Source: Macrostomum lignano
Lineage: Eukaryota
DNA length: 64,000 nucleotides
Assembly: GCA_002269645.1 (NCBI GenBank)
Contig: NIVC01003411.1
Location: 35,333 to 99,332, forward strand
Direction of reading: 5' to 3'
The notes below the pieces were generated by a model. It ran no database searches, was not told the DNA's origin, and was given only the letters and a program-made list of their open reading frames with translations. This document shows, in pieces, positions 22,841 to 52,839 of the stretch. The position numbers and the translations under genes are program-made. The first letter of the stretch is position 1. Every line of letters starts with the position of its first letter.

Positions 22841-23839
22841 GGCCGGGGCTGACTGAGCTGGAGACAAACGGGTCTGATATATATGCGCCCGCACCGGGAC
22901 CTGCCCAGTGATCTATCGGGCACTAATAAAGTGCAAAGCGGCTGTTCAAGGGAAAAAGGAATGGCACAAAGTCCATTAATTGCTCCCTTTTTATCCCCCC
23001 CCCAACGCTGTTTTATACTTTCGGAATTCTAGGAAAATGATTGCGCTGCATCAATTATTATGGTTGCTTCTACAATTCAAAGGATTTAAAAATGGTTCGG
23101 CAAGAGTGAAACACATTAATATTTCTGGATCGAGTTACTTTTCCCACTTTTACACAGTTTGCGTCAGCTAGCTGGTAGCCAATCATCCAGGGCAATCACA
23201 ATTACCGGGGGAGAGGTTGGCGTTTTCTGTTTAAAAAAGACAAACCAAGGAGAAAATCAGGCTCTCAAAGCACCAATGCCGTCATTACTGAACCAAGCGC
23301 AACTCTACGCGTGACAAGGATAACGTGCTTGGTGCAAAGAATGGCCTTATTAATTTATAAGACTAGATTTTGGTATTTAACAGTAGGAATAGCAAGCCGT
23401 CTCTCCGCCTGCTTTTAAAACAAAAGAGGAGCACCGTAATGGAGCGACCCAAGCGCCCATTTTAAAACAAGAATCAAGTCGCCAGCCCTCCAAATGATTC
23501 AGATATTCAACAATTCGACTCTCAACGTCGACTATGCGTGCATTAACTCTAACTTTGGTGGTAATTAGCCTTTACCAAGACAGAGCTTGTGGATCTTCTG
23601 CAAATGAAATTAATGTGACTGTGATTAATGTTGCCAAGGTCAGCCTCAAAGATTTGCCCTAGTCAAGAAATCCTTCTAAGGTTGATGATAATGATAACTA
23701 CCTGTGCATATTCATTGAGGCCGACCTTTGACAAATCACATGTGAGTTGGTGCAAGTCCTTGGGATAGACCAACAAACAATTGCCATTCACTTAATAGTC
23801 CACTGCCCTTGGCCCCCACCCCCACCACCATAGGTCACC

Positions 23840-24330
23840 ACTCGGATCAACCAGTGGGTGGCTTCAAAGCACAGGGAGAGGTGGGCTAATGCCCCCGACT
23901 ACCGGCAATCCCGTGTGGTTGTCCCTTGTCTTTCCTCTGCTCTGCCTAGGGCCTTGCTTGGACTCAACTGCAGAGACATCAGGGCGGTGACCATTGTCCT
24001 CTTGGGACAGGCTGTTTTCCCAGGCATCGCCACCTCCAGGGAAAAAATCTGCAGTGAGAAATGCCCATTCTGCCTCTCCAGTGTCTAGAATGCGTCATCT
24101 GTGAATGCCCATCAGGACAGGCTCACCTACCTCGGCCTAAACCCAGACCTCTCCAACATTTTCAGGCCCGAGAATCTCTGCCAGCTTGTCCGCTACCTAA
24201 GGGCTACCAGGCAAGTGACAATCTACCTCCTAGACTCTCCAGGGGGGGGGGGCGCTGCAGACACAGACACCACCGGAACTCTGCAAACACTACACACACA
24301 CAACACTAGCTGCCCATAGTTGCCAAGGGT
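23840..24330 (+). mobile_element. Decayed 3' fragment of a non-LTR retrotransposon ORF2 (I/R1/Loa-like) inside the mariner relic
   Basis: [16 protein letters not shown]...[19 protein letters not shown], then CPFC / LECVICECP / RLTYLG across frameshifts, resembling the C-terminal CCHC region of such elements. Confidence 0.55.
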
Positions 24331-24574
24331 TAGTGAAATAGGTGGCAACGCCTCCTTGCTATTTCTGGACCCATGGAACCCCCTACAGCTAAGTCAAGTA
24401 AGACCTCTGACAAACCTCATGTGAGTTGGTGCAAGTCATTAGGATAGACCAAACAATTGCCACTCACTTGCATCAACTGGGCAAGGTACACAAGTCGGCT
24501 CAATGGGTACCCTTAAAATTATACAATTAGGGCCACAAATGTAGGGCAGAGGCAGCCATTTCTTTTCTCTTTTT

Positions 24575-24576
<2 letters not shown>

Positions 24577-24626
<50 letters not shown>
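24577..24626. repeat. (TA)n microsatellite
   Basis: Direct. Confidence 0.95.
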
Positions 24627-24630
<4 letters not shown>

Positions 24631-27600
24631 ACTGGCTAAGGTCTATTGTTACAAGCAATTAAAAATGATGCTTATTGCTTATACATGAAAATCAAGTGTT
24701 GCTAGCCATAGTAAATGCTGATGCAACCCCTAAGCCACAGCCTAAAGCCAGACTCTACTCGTACCTCTGCAAGGTCATGGCATTTGGTGGGACTAAAGGT
24801 ATAATCTTCTACAAGTTGCTGCCACCCAACATTGATTATGGCTGACCTGTATTATCAGTAGCTAGATAGATTGGCTGCTGTAATTGCATAAAAGCAACTA
24901 AATCATGATCTAGTCCAATTCTTGCATAATAATATTCACCCTACATTGCCAAGGTGACTCGCCAAAGCTGGGAACTAGTGCTTTACTTCCCATACTCCCC
25001 CAACTTGGCAACTACTATCTATTCTTAGCCTTGCCTAATGCTTTAAGGAGCAAAAGTTTTGCTAATAAAGAAGCCCCAGATAACTGGCTCAACAATTATT
25101 TGTCTTAAACCTAAAAAAATTTTACACTAATAATATTATGACTCTGCCTAAAAAATGTTAACTAATTTGGAGCAATTATATTTTGTTTTGTAAAAGTCTT
25201 TCCATATATTCTTTTAAAAACTTTTTTGAGATGGAAGAAAATTCTAGAAATTGCAAGAACATTCTTAACAACTGAATATTTCTTTGCTACTATACGCTTT
25301 CTTTTAGGTTGTTTCGGCCTAGATGCCCAATAATATAAATATGTTTTTTTAAACTAAAGTCCCTTCTATAAAGTTTAGGCTACTAAATGAATCTTAATAT
25401 TAGAAAGCTTTAAAGAATAATTGATAGCTATATAAGCAATCCAAATAAATATAGCTAGCCTAATTATTGGGTCTTAAATATAAGCTAGAGGTTAGCTAAC
25501 TACTAAATTTCAAAATCTAAGATAAACTCAAAAAGGATATAGTCAATTTATCCATAAAGCTAAGGACAAGATAAAATATATTGTTATAAAACTATATTGT
25601 TAAATCTAAGGTTAAAGAAAAAAGCAACTTTTTTATGATAATCTACTGACATTATCATTAGCCAACTTATCCCTATAGTATTATAGAAATAATTTAATGT
25701 CTTACTCTTATAGTTTTATAAGACTACTTTTCTACTTATTTGCATGGCACATTGATAAGATAGCTACTTAGTATTTTATCATTTATATCAATCAAAATAC
25801 TATGGTAAATCAGCTAGGTTGCTTGTTTAAAGTGGTAGAAAAATACATGAGAGCTATTAAAGCTCTAATATCTACATTTCTATTGTAAAATGATGCTGCA
25901 TACATGTGAGCAATATAATAATTTAAAAGTAGAAAAATTGCCCATAACTCAATTGATATTAACTTAAACATAATATGACAAGCTAGCATAGATAATAAGA
26001 AAGAAATAAATAATAAGAAAGTACAAATACAAATCAATGCTCACACTAAGTGCATCTATATACTAGTAGCTACACGACAAGTACTATGCAGATATAATAA
26101 AAATTATTTATATGATATATATATATAGATAAAGTAAGCCATAGCTATCTTGTCAATATGCCAAGTTAATATATAGATAAGCAGAAAATTATTCCCATGT
26201 TATTATAAGAATAAAACAGAAATTATTCCTATATTTTTTCCTATAGAGATAAATACTGCCTTATTATAGCATATTAGGGGCCTATTAGAATAACCAAAAA
26301 CTAAAAATTAAAGATTTATATTTATATTTATTATTTAAGATAGGCCCTAGATAATATTAAACTTAAAGTACTTTATTATTTAAATGAAGTTATTTTAGGT
26401 ACCTACTTTTTGCTTTTTAGCCTTGCCTAGACTTATTGCCTAAGTAGTAATAGCCTAAATTCTAAAAAAGTATTTATACAAGTTAAAATTAGATTGAGCC
26501 TTTCTTAGCAAATCATAGGCCTAATAGAAAGATATTGCTTTCCATATACAGGCTTAGTTATAATTTATAGAAAAAGATGCTTGATTTTGCATAAAAGTAA
26601 TTAAAAAAGAAAATAAATGCCATTAAAAAGTTAAAACCAAATTAATCTTTGATTTGATGTCTATGATTAATGCCTATCTTTTTTGTTTTTGAACAAAATT
26701 CAATGAAGGATATTCATTATTTAACTAGCCAATATGAAAAAATTAGGACTTATTGTCATTTCAATGTTAGTAGGCCTAGAAGCTCAGCTTAGAGCTATCC
26801 AATTTAATGAACATTAGAAAAAATTGGCCTAACCAGTTAAAAATTTAGGCCTACTTGTTTTAATGCCCAATACTGGTTATATGATTGGGGATATAAAATA
26901 CACCTTGACCTTTTCACCTTGGCTAAAGTCCACTCCTATTTTTACTAACAATGCTAGGCCCACATTAGGGCAAGACCCTATTGAATTTAAAATAGGCTAT
27001 TATAACTGAAACTAGCCAGCCATGCTGTGGCTAGCCAGGGTATTTCCCAGTTCTGCCTTGGCAAACATTTGTCCCATACAATCCATCATTTCTACTACCT
27101 GTCATGCTGTATCAGTAAGTCTAGTTAATTTTTTAAATGTATTTTTGATGCCAATTTCATTCACATCTGGACTCATTTTTGGCATTGAGCCTTGAGGTTG
27201 TAGGCGTATAGGGCCTAGCCTTTATTAAAAAGAGCACGCAGTCTTTTTAATAGAGCCTTAAACTTGTAAAATTAATTTAAAGGAAGACTCCTCTTTCTGA
27301 GGGCAAGACATTTCTTTCACTAGAACTACTTCTTCTGAAAGGCTAGGTCAAAGGCTGTTAGAAATGTTTGGGTCTTACAAAGTATACGGTAGATTTAACA
27401 GATTCAACAGTTGATTTAAATGATTAAGCTTTTCAGAAACTTTCCACAAATTTAAGGATTTTCAGAAATTGCTATGTCAAACCTTTTTCGCTTTTCTGAA
27501 ATAATTTGTTTATATTTATCAGCTGTTGTACTTTTTGCAGGAATAACTCCGTCGAGGCGTCGACCATTCAGAACCAAATCTTTAATAGGTTATGAGACGT

Positions 27601-28469
27601 AAGCTGCAAGGACTAAGTTAGTTAAATCGTAATAAGAAGTCTAGATTACCTTTGCGCAGCAGCTAAAATTTTCCGATAACTACATAATGCCAAATTTCTC
27701 ACGTTTCCAACGACATGTAAAGGTATCCTCTTCTCGTCATCGATAACAAAATACACGTTAGCTGACTCGCCTATCCGTGGACTTCTTAATTTGCTTTTGT
27801 TAATAAGTATAGTAATTTGAAATGACTACTGACATAATAATTAGTGTGAGTAGAGAATATTAGTCCTTGCAGAGGCAAAAACTTAAGGAGTAATAACTAA
27901 TAAACTCTCTAGTGCATATGTACATGCAAACATATATTTATATTTATAGATTCTAGACTGAAACGCCTATGGATTCTATTCTCTTCTAAAAAAGGTGCAG
28001 AATCGATCAATTTAAAAATACGAGCTCGTAGATACAAAAGCAATTTTCCTAACCTTTGCATTTTTATATTTTTTTTACAATTAATAAATAGGAGACTGGA
28101 AAAATAATACTGAGCTTTTATTCGATATTCTACTGATAGTATAAATATAGAAAAAAAACTTTCAAGCGAAACCTCGGCTTCCTATTTGACCTTAAAATAA
28201 TTCTCTTGACCTTTGTTTTTCAGTCGAATTTCAATCCCCTTTACATTGAGCAATTTCTTAGCCATGGCACATGTACTGTACCGTCACTGGAAAATTTCTG
28301 ATCGAATGTGGCAAGTTTTATGAACGAAATTGAGCCGATTACCAACTTTTAGTATATAAGAAAATGCTTAGATAGTAAAAGCAAAAATTACACGTAATGT
28401 ATAAAACACTTTACTAATAATAAAGTGTATATACGTTTTTTACTATGTCCCAAACAGTACAATATCTTC

Positions 28470-29800
28470 TCCCGGCTCCCCCTCTTTGTACTGGTCGTTT
28501 GATCGATTGGATCACTGCAGCGGTGGCGCGATTTGTGTCTCAACTGGTTGCGGAGTGGGCTGCGGAGGTCCTCGATTACTTGACGCTCTTTAACCTCAAT
28601 GCTCGGAGCTGGTCGCGACGCAGTTGTTACAAGTGCCTTCTGATTCCATGTGCTGATCGTAACGTCAGGTGACCATTGCAGTAGCGCTAAGAGCCGAGCT
28701 GAAGTGCCGCATCAGAGGCTCATAACGCTGGCGCTCGCTCTCCTCGACGCTAGTCAGTGTAGGCCGCCGTCCTGCCTTTCCTAGATCCACTGGGTGATTA
28801 TCTGGCTATGCAGAGGTGGCGTCTTTTGAGCGGAGTCAGCAAAAGACAATGCGCAGTGCTTTAACTTCTGCCATACATCAGCTTGGCCGGGCTCTTGCCA
28901 GTCAGGGCGTGAGACATGCTGCGATAAGCCTCCAGGAACTGCAGCAGCACGCTTTGGCATTGTGCTCCGCCCATGGCTGCTCGGATGCTGTCCATCAGAG
29001 TGTAGAGTGTCTCTGGTGATAATCGTGTCCGCGCTCGGGTCGAAGTGCGCCAGGACCGGTGGATTGCAGATTCGGCTCCTGGAACGCTCGTTCGCATTCG
29101 GTCATCCAATTAAACTCGGCGGCAGCCTTGAAAAGAGGCCTCAGAGGCACCCTGGGCAAAGTTGGGCACTAATCGCGTCAGGTAGTTGGTAACCCCAAAA
29201 ACGCCTGAAGCTCCTTCCTAGCTATTTACCAGCTCCCTAAATGCCTTGGTCTGAGACTCGGAGGGGTCCATGACGTCAGCCGAAAAGACGTAACCGAATA
29301 ATTCGATCTCAGTCCTCCACAAGTGGTATTTTTCCTTGTTGGCCGTTAGGCCAACGTCCTCCATTCGCTTCAGCAGGGCTCGCAGCCTTGAATTGTGAAG
29401 ACGATGAACTCCACTCCGCGCAGACTGGATATGAGGTCATCCAGCATCCTCTGGAAGGCAGAAATTGGGCCGAACGGCACCCGGCAGAACGCAGTAGATG
29501 CTCTGGTGCGTCGTAATGAATGCCGCCAAGTCTGCAGCTGCATCTTCATGTAGCCCACCTTGAGTTCGATCTTGGAGAACACGCGACCGCCGGCTGTACT
29601 GATATTTTCCGAGATCTCGTCCAGCTGAGATATCGGATGTCGGTCGATGATGAGCGCCTCGTTCGACTCGCACACACACGTCGATGCAGACACAAATGTT
29701 GCCCTTCTTGTTGTTGGTGACAACCAGGTTGAAAATCCTGTTTTTTCTGGCTTGCCCCCTCCGTCTAAAGCTGCCATTCATTTTATTTTTCTCATTTTCA
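28470..29800 (-). mobile_element. Degenerate, internally deleted Ty3/Gypsy pol fragment (RT and integrase)
   Basis: RT-like HPISQLDEI...RVFSKIELKVGY and FCRVPFGPISAFQRMLDD; LQAFLGVTNY; integrase-like FLEAYRSMSHALTGKSPAKLMYGR; PPT-like AAAGAGGGGGAG near 28480. LTRs not resolved. Confidence 0.8.
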
Positions 29801-30489
29801 TCTGCCCACATTTTCATTGGCTGGCGTCTTTTCATCTCTCTCTCGCGTGGGCTAGTCCAATCATGTGTCTCGCCGCTGAGGCACCTGATTGACTAGCATT
29901 CCCTTTCTTCTCTCTCGCCCTTCAACTCTGTGATTTTTGCCCCCACCCCCCAGCCCTGCGTGGCTAAGCCCTCCCAGTCCCCTGCACAGTGCTCACCCAG
30001 TATTTATATGCGCGCGCGGCTCTCGCCCTCCCTGCTCTCTCTCTCTCACTCTAGCCCTACGCGTGCTTAAGTGAAAGTGAAGATTCAACTAGAAGTACAT
30101 TCAACTGAAGCTGAAAATATTAGAGGCCACGCCTGCATGAGCGCGACAAGTGACCCAGCCCGGTAAGACGCAGTGTTCGCTTTCGTTAATTTGTATCGTC
30201 TCCATTACTCACTTCTGTCGCCACCGTCTTCCTTCGGGTCTGCGAAGTATCTATACGCCTCCAGACCCGTGCTCACCTCTGCCGCTGCTGAGTGGTTACC
30301 TGCTCACAGCCTCCTCATCTGCATCCCCCTCTCTCCGTGGGGCTGGCCGAGTGTCTGTACGCTCCCAGCCTCTCCACTTCCACCTCGAAGTGTCCGTGCG
30401 CCTCGGGGTCGCCACTCTCTCGCCTATCGCACCCGGCAAGCTCTGGACAGTCCAGTACCCGAACCCTTGATCGCCCCATCTGCGGTCCG

Positions 30490-32230
30490 CACGGACGGAA
30501 GCAGAAAATACAACACGACCGGCTCAGCGAGAGCAGCCGGTATGGCAAGACGACCCCGCGAAAGACTCCGTTTGAGCAGGCGACCAACCCGCGAGGCAGA
30601 GGAGGCCTTGGCGGCTGTCTATCTGCAGCGCCAGCAGGCTGCTGTTAATGACGCCATTCGGGCCGTCTCTGCCGCTGGGCCCGATGCCAGAGGCCGCGTG
30701 GCCTGGTCGGCTATCAATGCTCTGACGGGGCGAAAGCGGCGCATTCCACTCAACCTGTCAGGTGACTCTGCGGACGAGCGCAGGAACGCGCTGCGTGAGT
30801 TCTTCGCCGCCATTGTCAACGCGCCGCCACCCCCGCTGCCAGACAGCCTAACGCTGCCGCCGGAGATGCCATTGCCGGCAGAGGAGAGCTTCAGCCTAGC
30901 ACCAGTCAGCACAGCCAACGTTGTGAGGCTCGCCCAACAGTTACCGGGCGGGAAAGCGCTGGGTCCGGACGAGGTGCCCATCGAGGCGCTACGCATCCAC
31001 TGTGTGGCTAGTGGGGCCGCCAGAGTGATGAATCGCGTGCTCTTCGGTGAGGAGGCACCCAACGAATGGACCACGGCGCACATCGTCGCAGTTCCTAAGA
31101 AGCCGGGCACCACGAGGCTTGAGGAGCATCGAGGTATCTGCCTTCAGTCCTGCGCTGCGAAGTTGTTCAACCGGATGCTGTTATCGCGGTTGCAGCCCGT
31201 GTTGGATCCGTACCTGCGCCATGAGCAGAACGGCTTCCGGCCCCATCGCGGCACAGTGACGCTGATCCTAGCTCTTCGTCGAGTCATCGAGGAAGCACGG
31301 ATACGCCAGTCGATCCTGATTGTTATCTTCATAGATTTCAAGAAGGCATTCGACTCGGTCGTCAGGTCTGTGCTTCCAAAGGTGCACCGTGCGTACAACG
31401 TGCCAGAGCAGCTGATTTCCGCCATCATGGCGATCTACCGTGATACGAAAGCTGCTATTTTAACACCGGACAGCCTATCGGACTTCTTTGAGACATCCAG
31501 GGAGATACGCTTGCGCCGTTCCTGATCGTTCTGGTGCTTGACTGGGAACTGCGGACTGCTCTTCCTACAAACGACGACGGCTTTCTGTTGCGGCGACGCG
31601 TGGGTCGACGTCAACCGGAGAGGCGGCTCAGCGTGCTTGGCTACGCTGACGACCTCGCCCTGCTGTCCTTAACTGTTGAGGGCGCCCAACGACAACTGGA
31701 CAAGCTATTTGCTGTTGCGGCGAGTGTCGGCCTGGTGGTCAACACGCAAAAGACCGTCGTGCTCTGCGTGCCGGACGACATCGAGGCAGCGATTTTGTGC
31801 CGAGGCGCTGATGAACAGGCGACAGAGCTTCCGCGTCGGCGTCCGCGAGGATTTGCGGCGTCGCCGCGGGCTTGCCTGGGCTGCCTTTCGTTCTGTGAGG
31901 GCAGTCCTGCAGTCCGAGGCCTTACCTGACCGCCAGTGGGCGGCGTTGTTCCAACGCGGCTCTGTATCGCCGCGCTGGCCTGGTCCGTCCAAGCGACCTG
32001 CTGCGCCGTCGGCGACTCCAGCTGGCAGGCCACATCATCCGCGCCGAGTCGTACTGCCCAGAGCCGGTGCAGGAGGTGCTGCTGCTAACGCTGCAGGCAC
32101 CCTACCGGCGGGGACAGGCGCGCACTCGGCGTTTCGTCGACGGCCTGCTGACTGACGCCGGCGCCCCGGATTCGGCCGGCGGCGTGGCGTTCATTCGCGA
32201 CCTGGCCTTGAAGCGCGCCCTGTGACGCTA
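30490..32230 (+). mobile_element. RTE-like non-LTR retrotransposon reverse transcriptase, 5'-truncated and frameshifted
   Basis: ORF 30173-31525 has RGICLQSCAAKLFNRMLLSR, EQNGFRPHR and FIDFKKAFDSV. The QGDTLAPFL motif is broken by a deletion near 31500. ORF 31534-31929 has GYADDLALL. No endonuclease domain seen. Confidence 0.9.
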
Positions 32231-33100
32231 ACCTGCGTATTCTGTTGTTGCTATTTTGAGAAATGAGGAATAGGCCAGAAATGAAGGACTGTTTTTTGTT
32301 TAATATGAAATTTATGAAGGCTATCCAAGCAAAAATACTGTGTAGTTATTAGTTATTGACTATAACAGTTATTTTCTCAGGATCAAATATACTAGCTATT
32401 ACATGTAGCTTTGCTCGGTCGAAAAAGCATCAACAACTTCTAGCGGCGCTATGAAAGGCATAAATAAACCAATTAGAATCCATATTTAAGAGCAGATCAT
32501 TTTTATGAATCCCTATACCCACAATTAAAATTAAAAAATGAACGCAAGATTGTCTGCCCAACGTCCTCCTGCCTACCTGCTCACCTGTTCAAAAGATCAC
32601 TACTCACAATGCATGCTACCCTAGGCTAGCTCTGCAGCCTGTTTGGGGAGGTATCAGGTTGTGAGGATAATTTATGCGTCGCTTACATTGCTGCACAACT
32701 TGTCTTGCTGAGTGGCTAATTTAAAAAACGGGACGAGAAGCTAATGGGGACTAAATTAATTTTCAATAGCACGTTTACAGTAGCGTAAATGGCAATGTGC
32801 AAGGACTACTAAAGTCTACTATTCCTAGTAGTCCTTGTTGAACGGCGCTCCTACACCGAAGAGTACAAGCGTGTCCGCAAGAAATTGTGAAACGACAAGA
32901 GAAAAATCTGCGCAACTAACTTTGGTCTGACAGGTTCTCCACCGAGACTTCTTACAAACCCTCTGCTCAAGTCTCACTTAAGCACAACAGTTCTATATAA
33001 TCGTAAGACATTGGACACGGCTACCGGATATTTCACCTCCCGAATTTACCCTCCGACGTTCCCCTCCTCCGGAGGGGAATCATACACACGGACACGGAAA

Positions 33101-33101
<1 letters not shown>

Positions 33102-33166
<65 letters not shown>
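33102..33166. repeat. (CA)n microsatellite
   Basis: Direct. Confidence 0.95.
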
Positions 33167-33168
<2 letters not shown>

Positions 33169-33184
33169 CTGAGGGGAATTGACG

Positions 33185-34005
33185 TCGAGGGAAAACGCCG
33201 GAGGGAAAGCCGTGGAGGGGAAACCGCGGAGGGGAAACGCTGAAGGGGAAACGCCGGAGGGGAAACCACAGAGGGGAAACGCCCGAGGGGAAACGCCGGA
33301 GGGGAAACGCCGGAGGGGAAACGCCGGAGGGGAAACGCCGAAGGGGAAACGCCGGAGGGGAAACGCCGGAGGGGAAACGCCGAAGGGGAAACGCCGGAGG
33401 GGAAACACTGGAGGGAAAAGCCGGAGGGAAAATGCCGGAGGCGAAACCACGGAGGGTGGGGGGAAACCATGGAGGGTGGGGGGAAACCATGGAGGGAAAA
33501 TATCGGAGGGGAAACGCTGGAGGAGGAAACCGCGGGGGGGGGGACCACGGAGTGAAAATGCAGGAGGGAAACACCGGAAGGGAAACGCCGGAGGGGAACC
33601 GCGGACGGAAAGTGCCGGAGTTGAAGGAAGTGCGAAACGCTGGAGGTGAATTGCGGGAGAGAAAACACCTGAGGGAAAACACCTGAGGGAAAACACCTGA
33701 GGGAAAACACCTGAGGGAAAAACACCTGAGAGAAAAACACCTGAGGGAAAAACACCTGAGGGAAAACACCTGAGGGAAAACACCTGAGGGAAAACACCTG
33801 GGGGAAAACACCTGAGGGAAAACACCTGAGGGAAAACACCTGAGGGAAAACACCTGAGGGAAAACACCTGGGGGAAAACACCTGAGGGAAAACACCTGAG
33901 GGAAAACACCTGAGGGAAAACACCTGAGGGAAAACACCTGAGGGAAAACACCTGAGGGAAAACACCTGAGGGAAAACACCTGAGGGAAAACACCTGAGGG
34001 AAAAT
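33185..34005. repeat. Two adjacent 14-bp G-rich minisatellites (GGAGGGGAAACGCC then GAGGGAAAACACCT)
   Basis: Degenerate array to about 33660, homogeneous array 33660-34005. Confidence 0.9.
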
Positions 34006-34603
34006 ATCCATAAACCACCAGACACAGCCATGCATAAGCGTAAAGCATCAATCTGAGCTAGAAGCTTATGAGAGTTTATTGCAAGAGCTTAAACTCATTG
34101 GTTTAAAGCCGACAGACTCATTCCATCTCGCATTGCCATGGCAACAGAAAAATAAAATGAAAATATACCAGGCCTGAGTACGATGTAAAACTAGCTGGAG
34201 AACTGGATTAAAGGAGGGAGGAGGTCTTGTAATCTCGGATCCATCCAATGAGCATGCTAAAATTTGTAAATTCACATATATTCCCTCGTTGGGTAAAGTT
34301 TTCTATCTCAATCCCCAGGTCCCATATCCCTAGCAACTCGCTCAGATCTCATTTTTTCAACTAATTACCACCGTCTGTAATAGCTTACTAATTGTCTGCT
34401 TCTGAAGGCACAAATTGCCTCAACTCTCGGCGATCAATGCGAAAATCCCTGATGTGGGCAATCGCAATAGCCTTTACACTCTTGGCCTTGTGGCCGAGGG
34501 ATTCCGACTTGCAGGCCATTGGAGGTGCGTAACGAATGCCTGATATGTACTATTTCAATACTCTGTTAGAGCAGGCTAATGCCATTGTTATATCCCATTG
34601 CAG

Positions 34604-52015
<17,412 letters not shown>

Positions 52016-52839
52016 GTAAGTTTCTCTGAAGCCGATTTTCAACCTGTTTAGAGGGCCGAATATATACAGAAATTAAAATATAAATATTGATATATTCCGA
52101 CCGAAAATAACAAAATACAACTTGAAATGAACAGTTTAGCAGTGTAAATAAACAGAACATGAATGAACAAGACAGAATGAAACATAATCCAATCTTAACA
52201 AGTTATCTTTAACGAATTACCGATGATACAACGAATCCTATATACTAAAAATGAAATGTGTGTCTCTGTGAGATAGATTTCAGAAAAAACGGCTTAACCG
52301 ATTTTCTTCAAACTTGCACCATTCGATCAGAAATTTTCCTGGGACGGTACATGCATCTTGGCTAAGAAATTGCTCAATTTCAAAGGGATTAAATATTCGA
52401 AAAACATGCTTTTTTGCAAAGGTCAAGCAGCTCTTTCGACCTGAAATGCATTGTAAGAATGCTAGAGAAAAAACTGACTGACTGAATTCTGATTCTGACA
52501 AAGATTGCATCACAACAAGTTGAAAACAGTGCCGAAGAAATGCACACACGACTTGAATGAAATTGCGTAACCATATTGGCAACTTAAATTGAGACTGATT
52601 CTGGCTGACTGAGAAATTGATTATGTCATAACTTTTTACTCCAATTGACTTGCTGTAAGAATTGAATTATAAGGGCCACAATTTATGTTCTCCAATTGAA
52701 AAAGATAGCCCAGATGCGAACAGACTGGAATGCTAATGTAGCGACTTGGGTTCGAATCTTAGTAGGGCAAAAAAGATTTTTTTTTATTAAAACACCTTAA
52801 AAACACAAAACTTCTAAACATAAAAGAAGCGCAATGTCA

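Larger units (their letters stand above)
23600..25250 (+). mobile_element. Decayed mariner transposase relic, interrupted
   Basis: Broken translations resemble mariner motifs: IEADL*QITCELVQVLGID (HTH), HLHQLGKVHKSAQWVPLKL (WVPHEL-like, 24504), KGIIFYKLLPPN, LHNNIHP (HDNARP-like, 24925), PYSPNLA (YSPDLA-like, 24993), RWKKILE. Many stops and frameshifts; TIRs not located. Confidence 0.75.
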
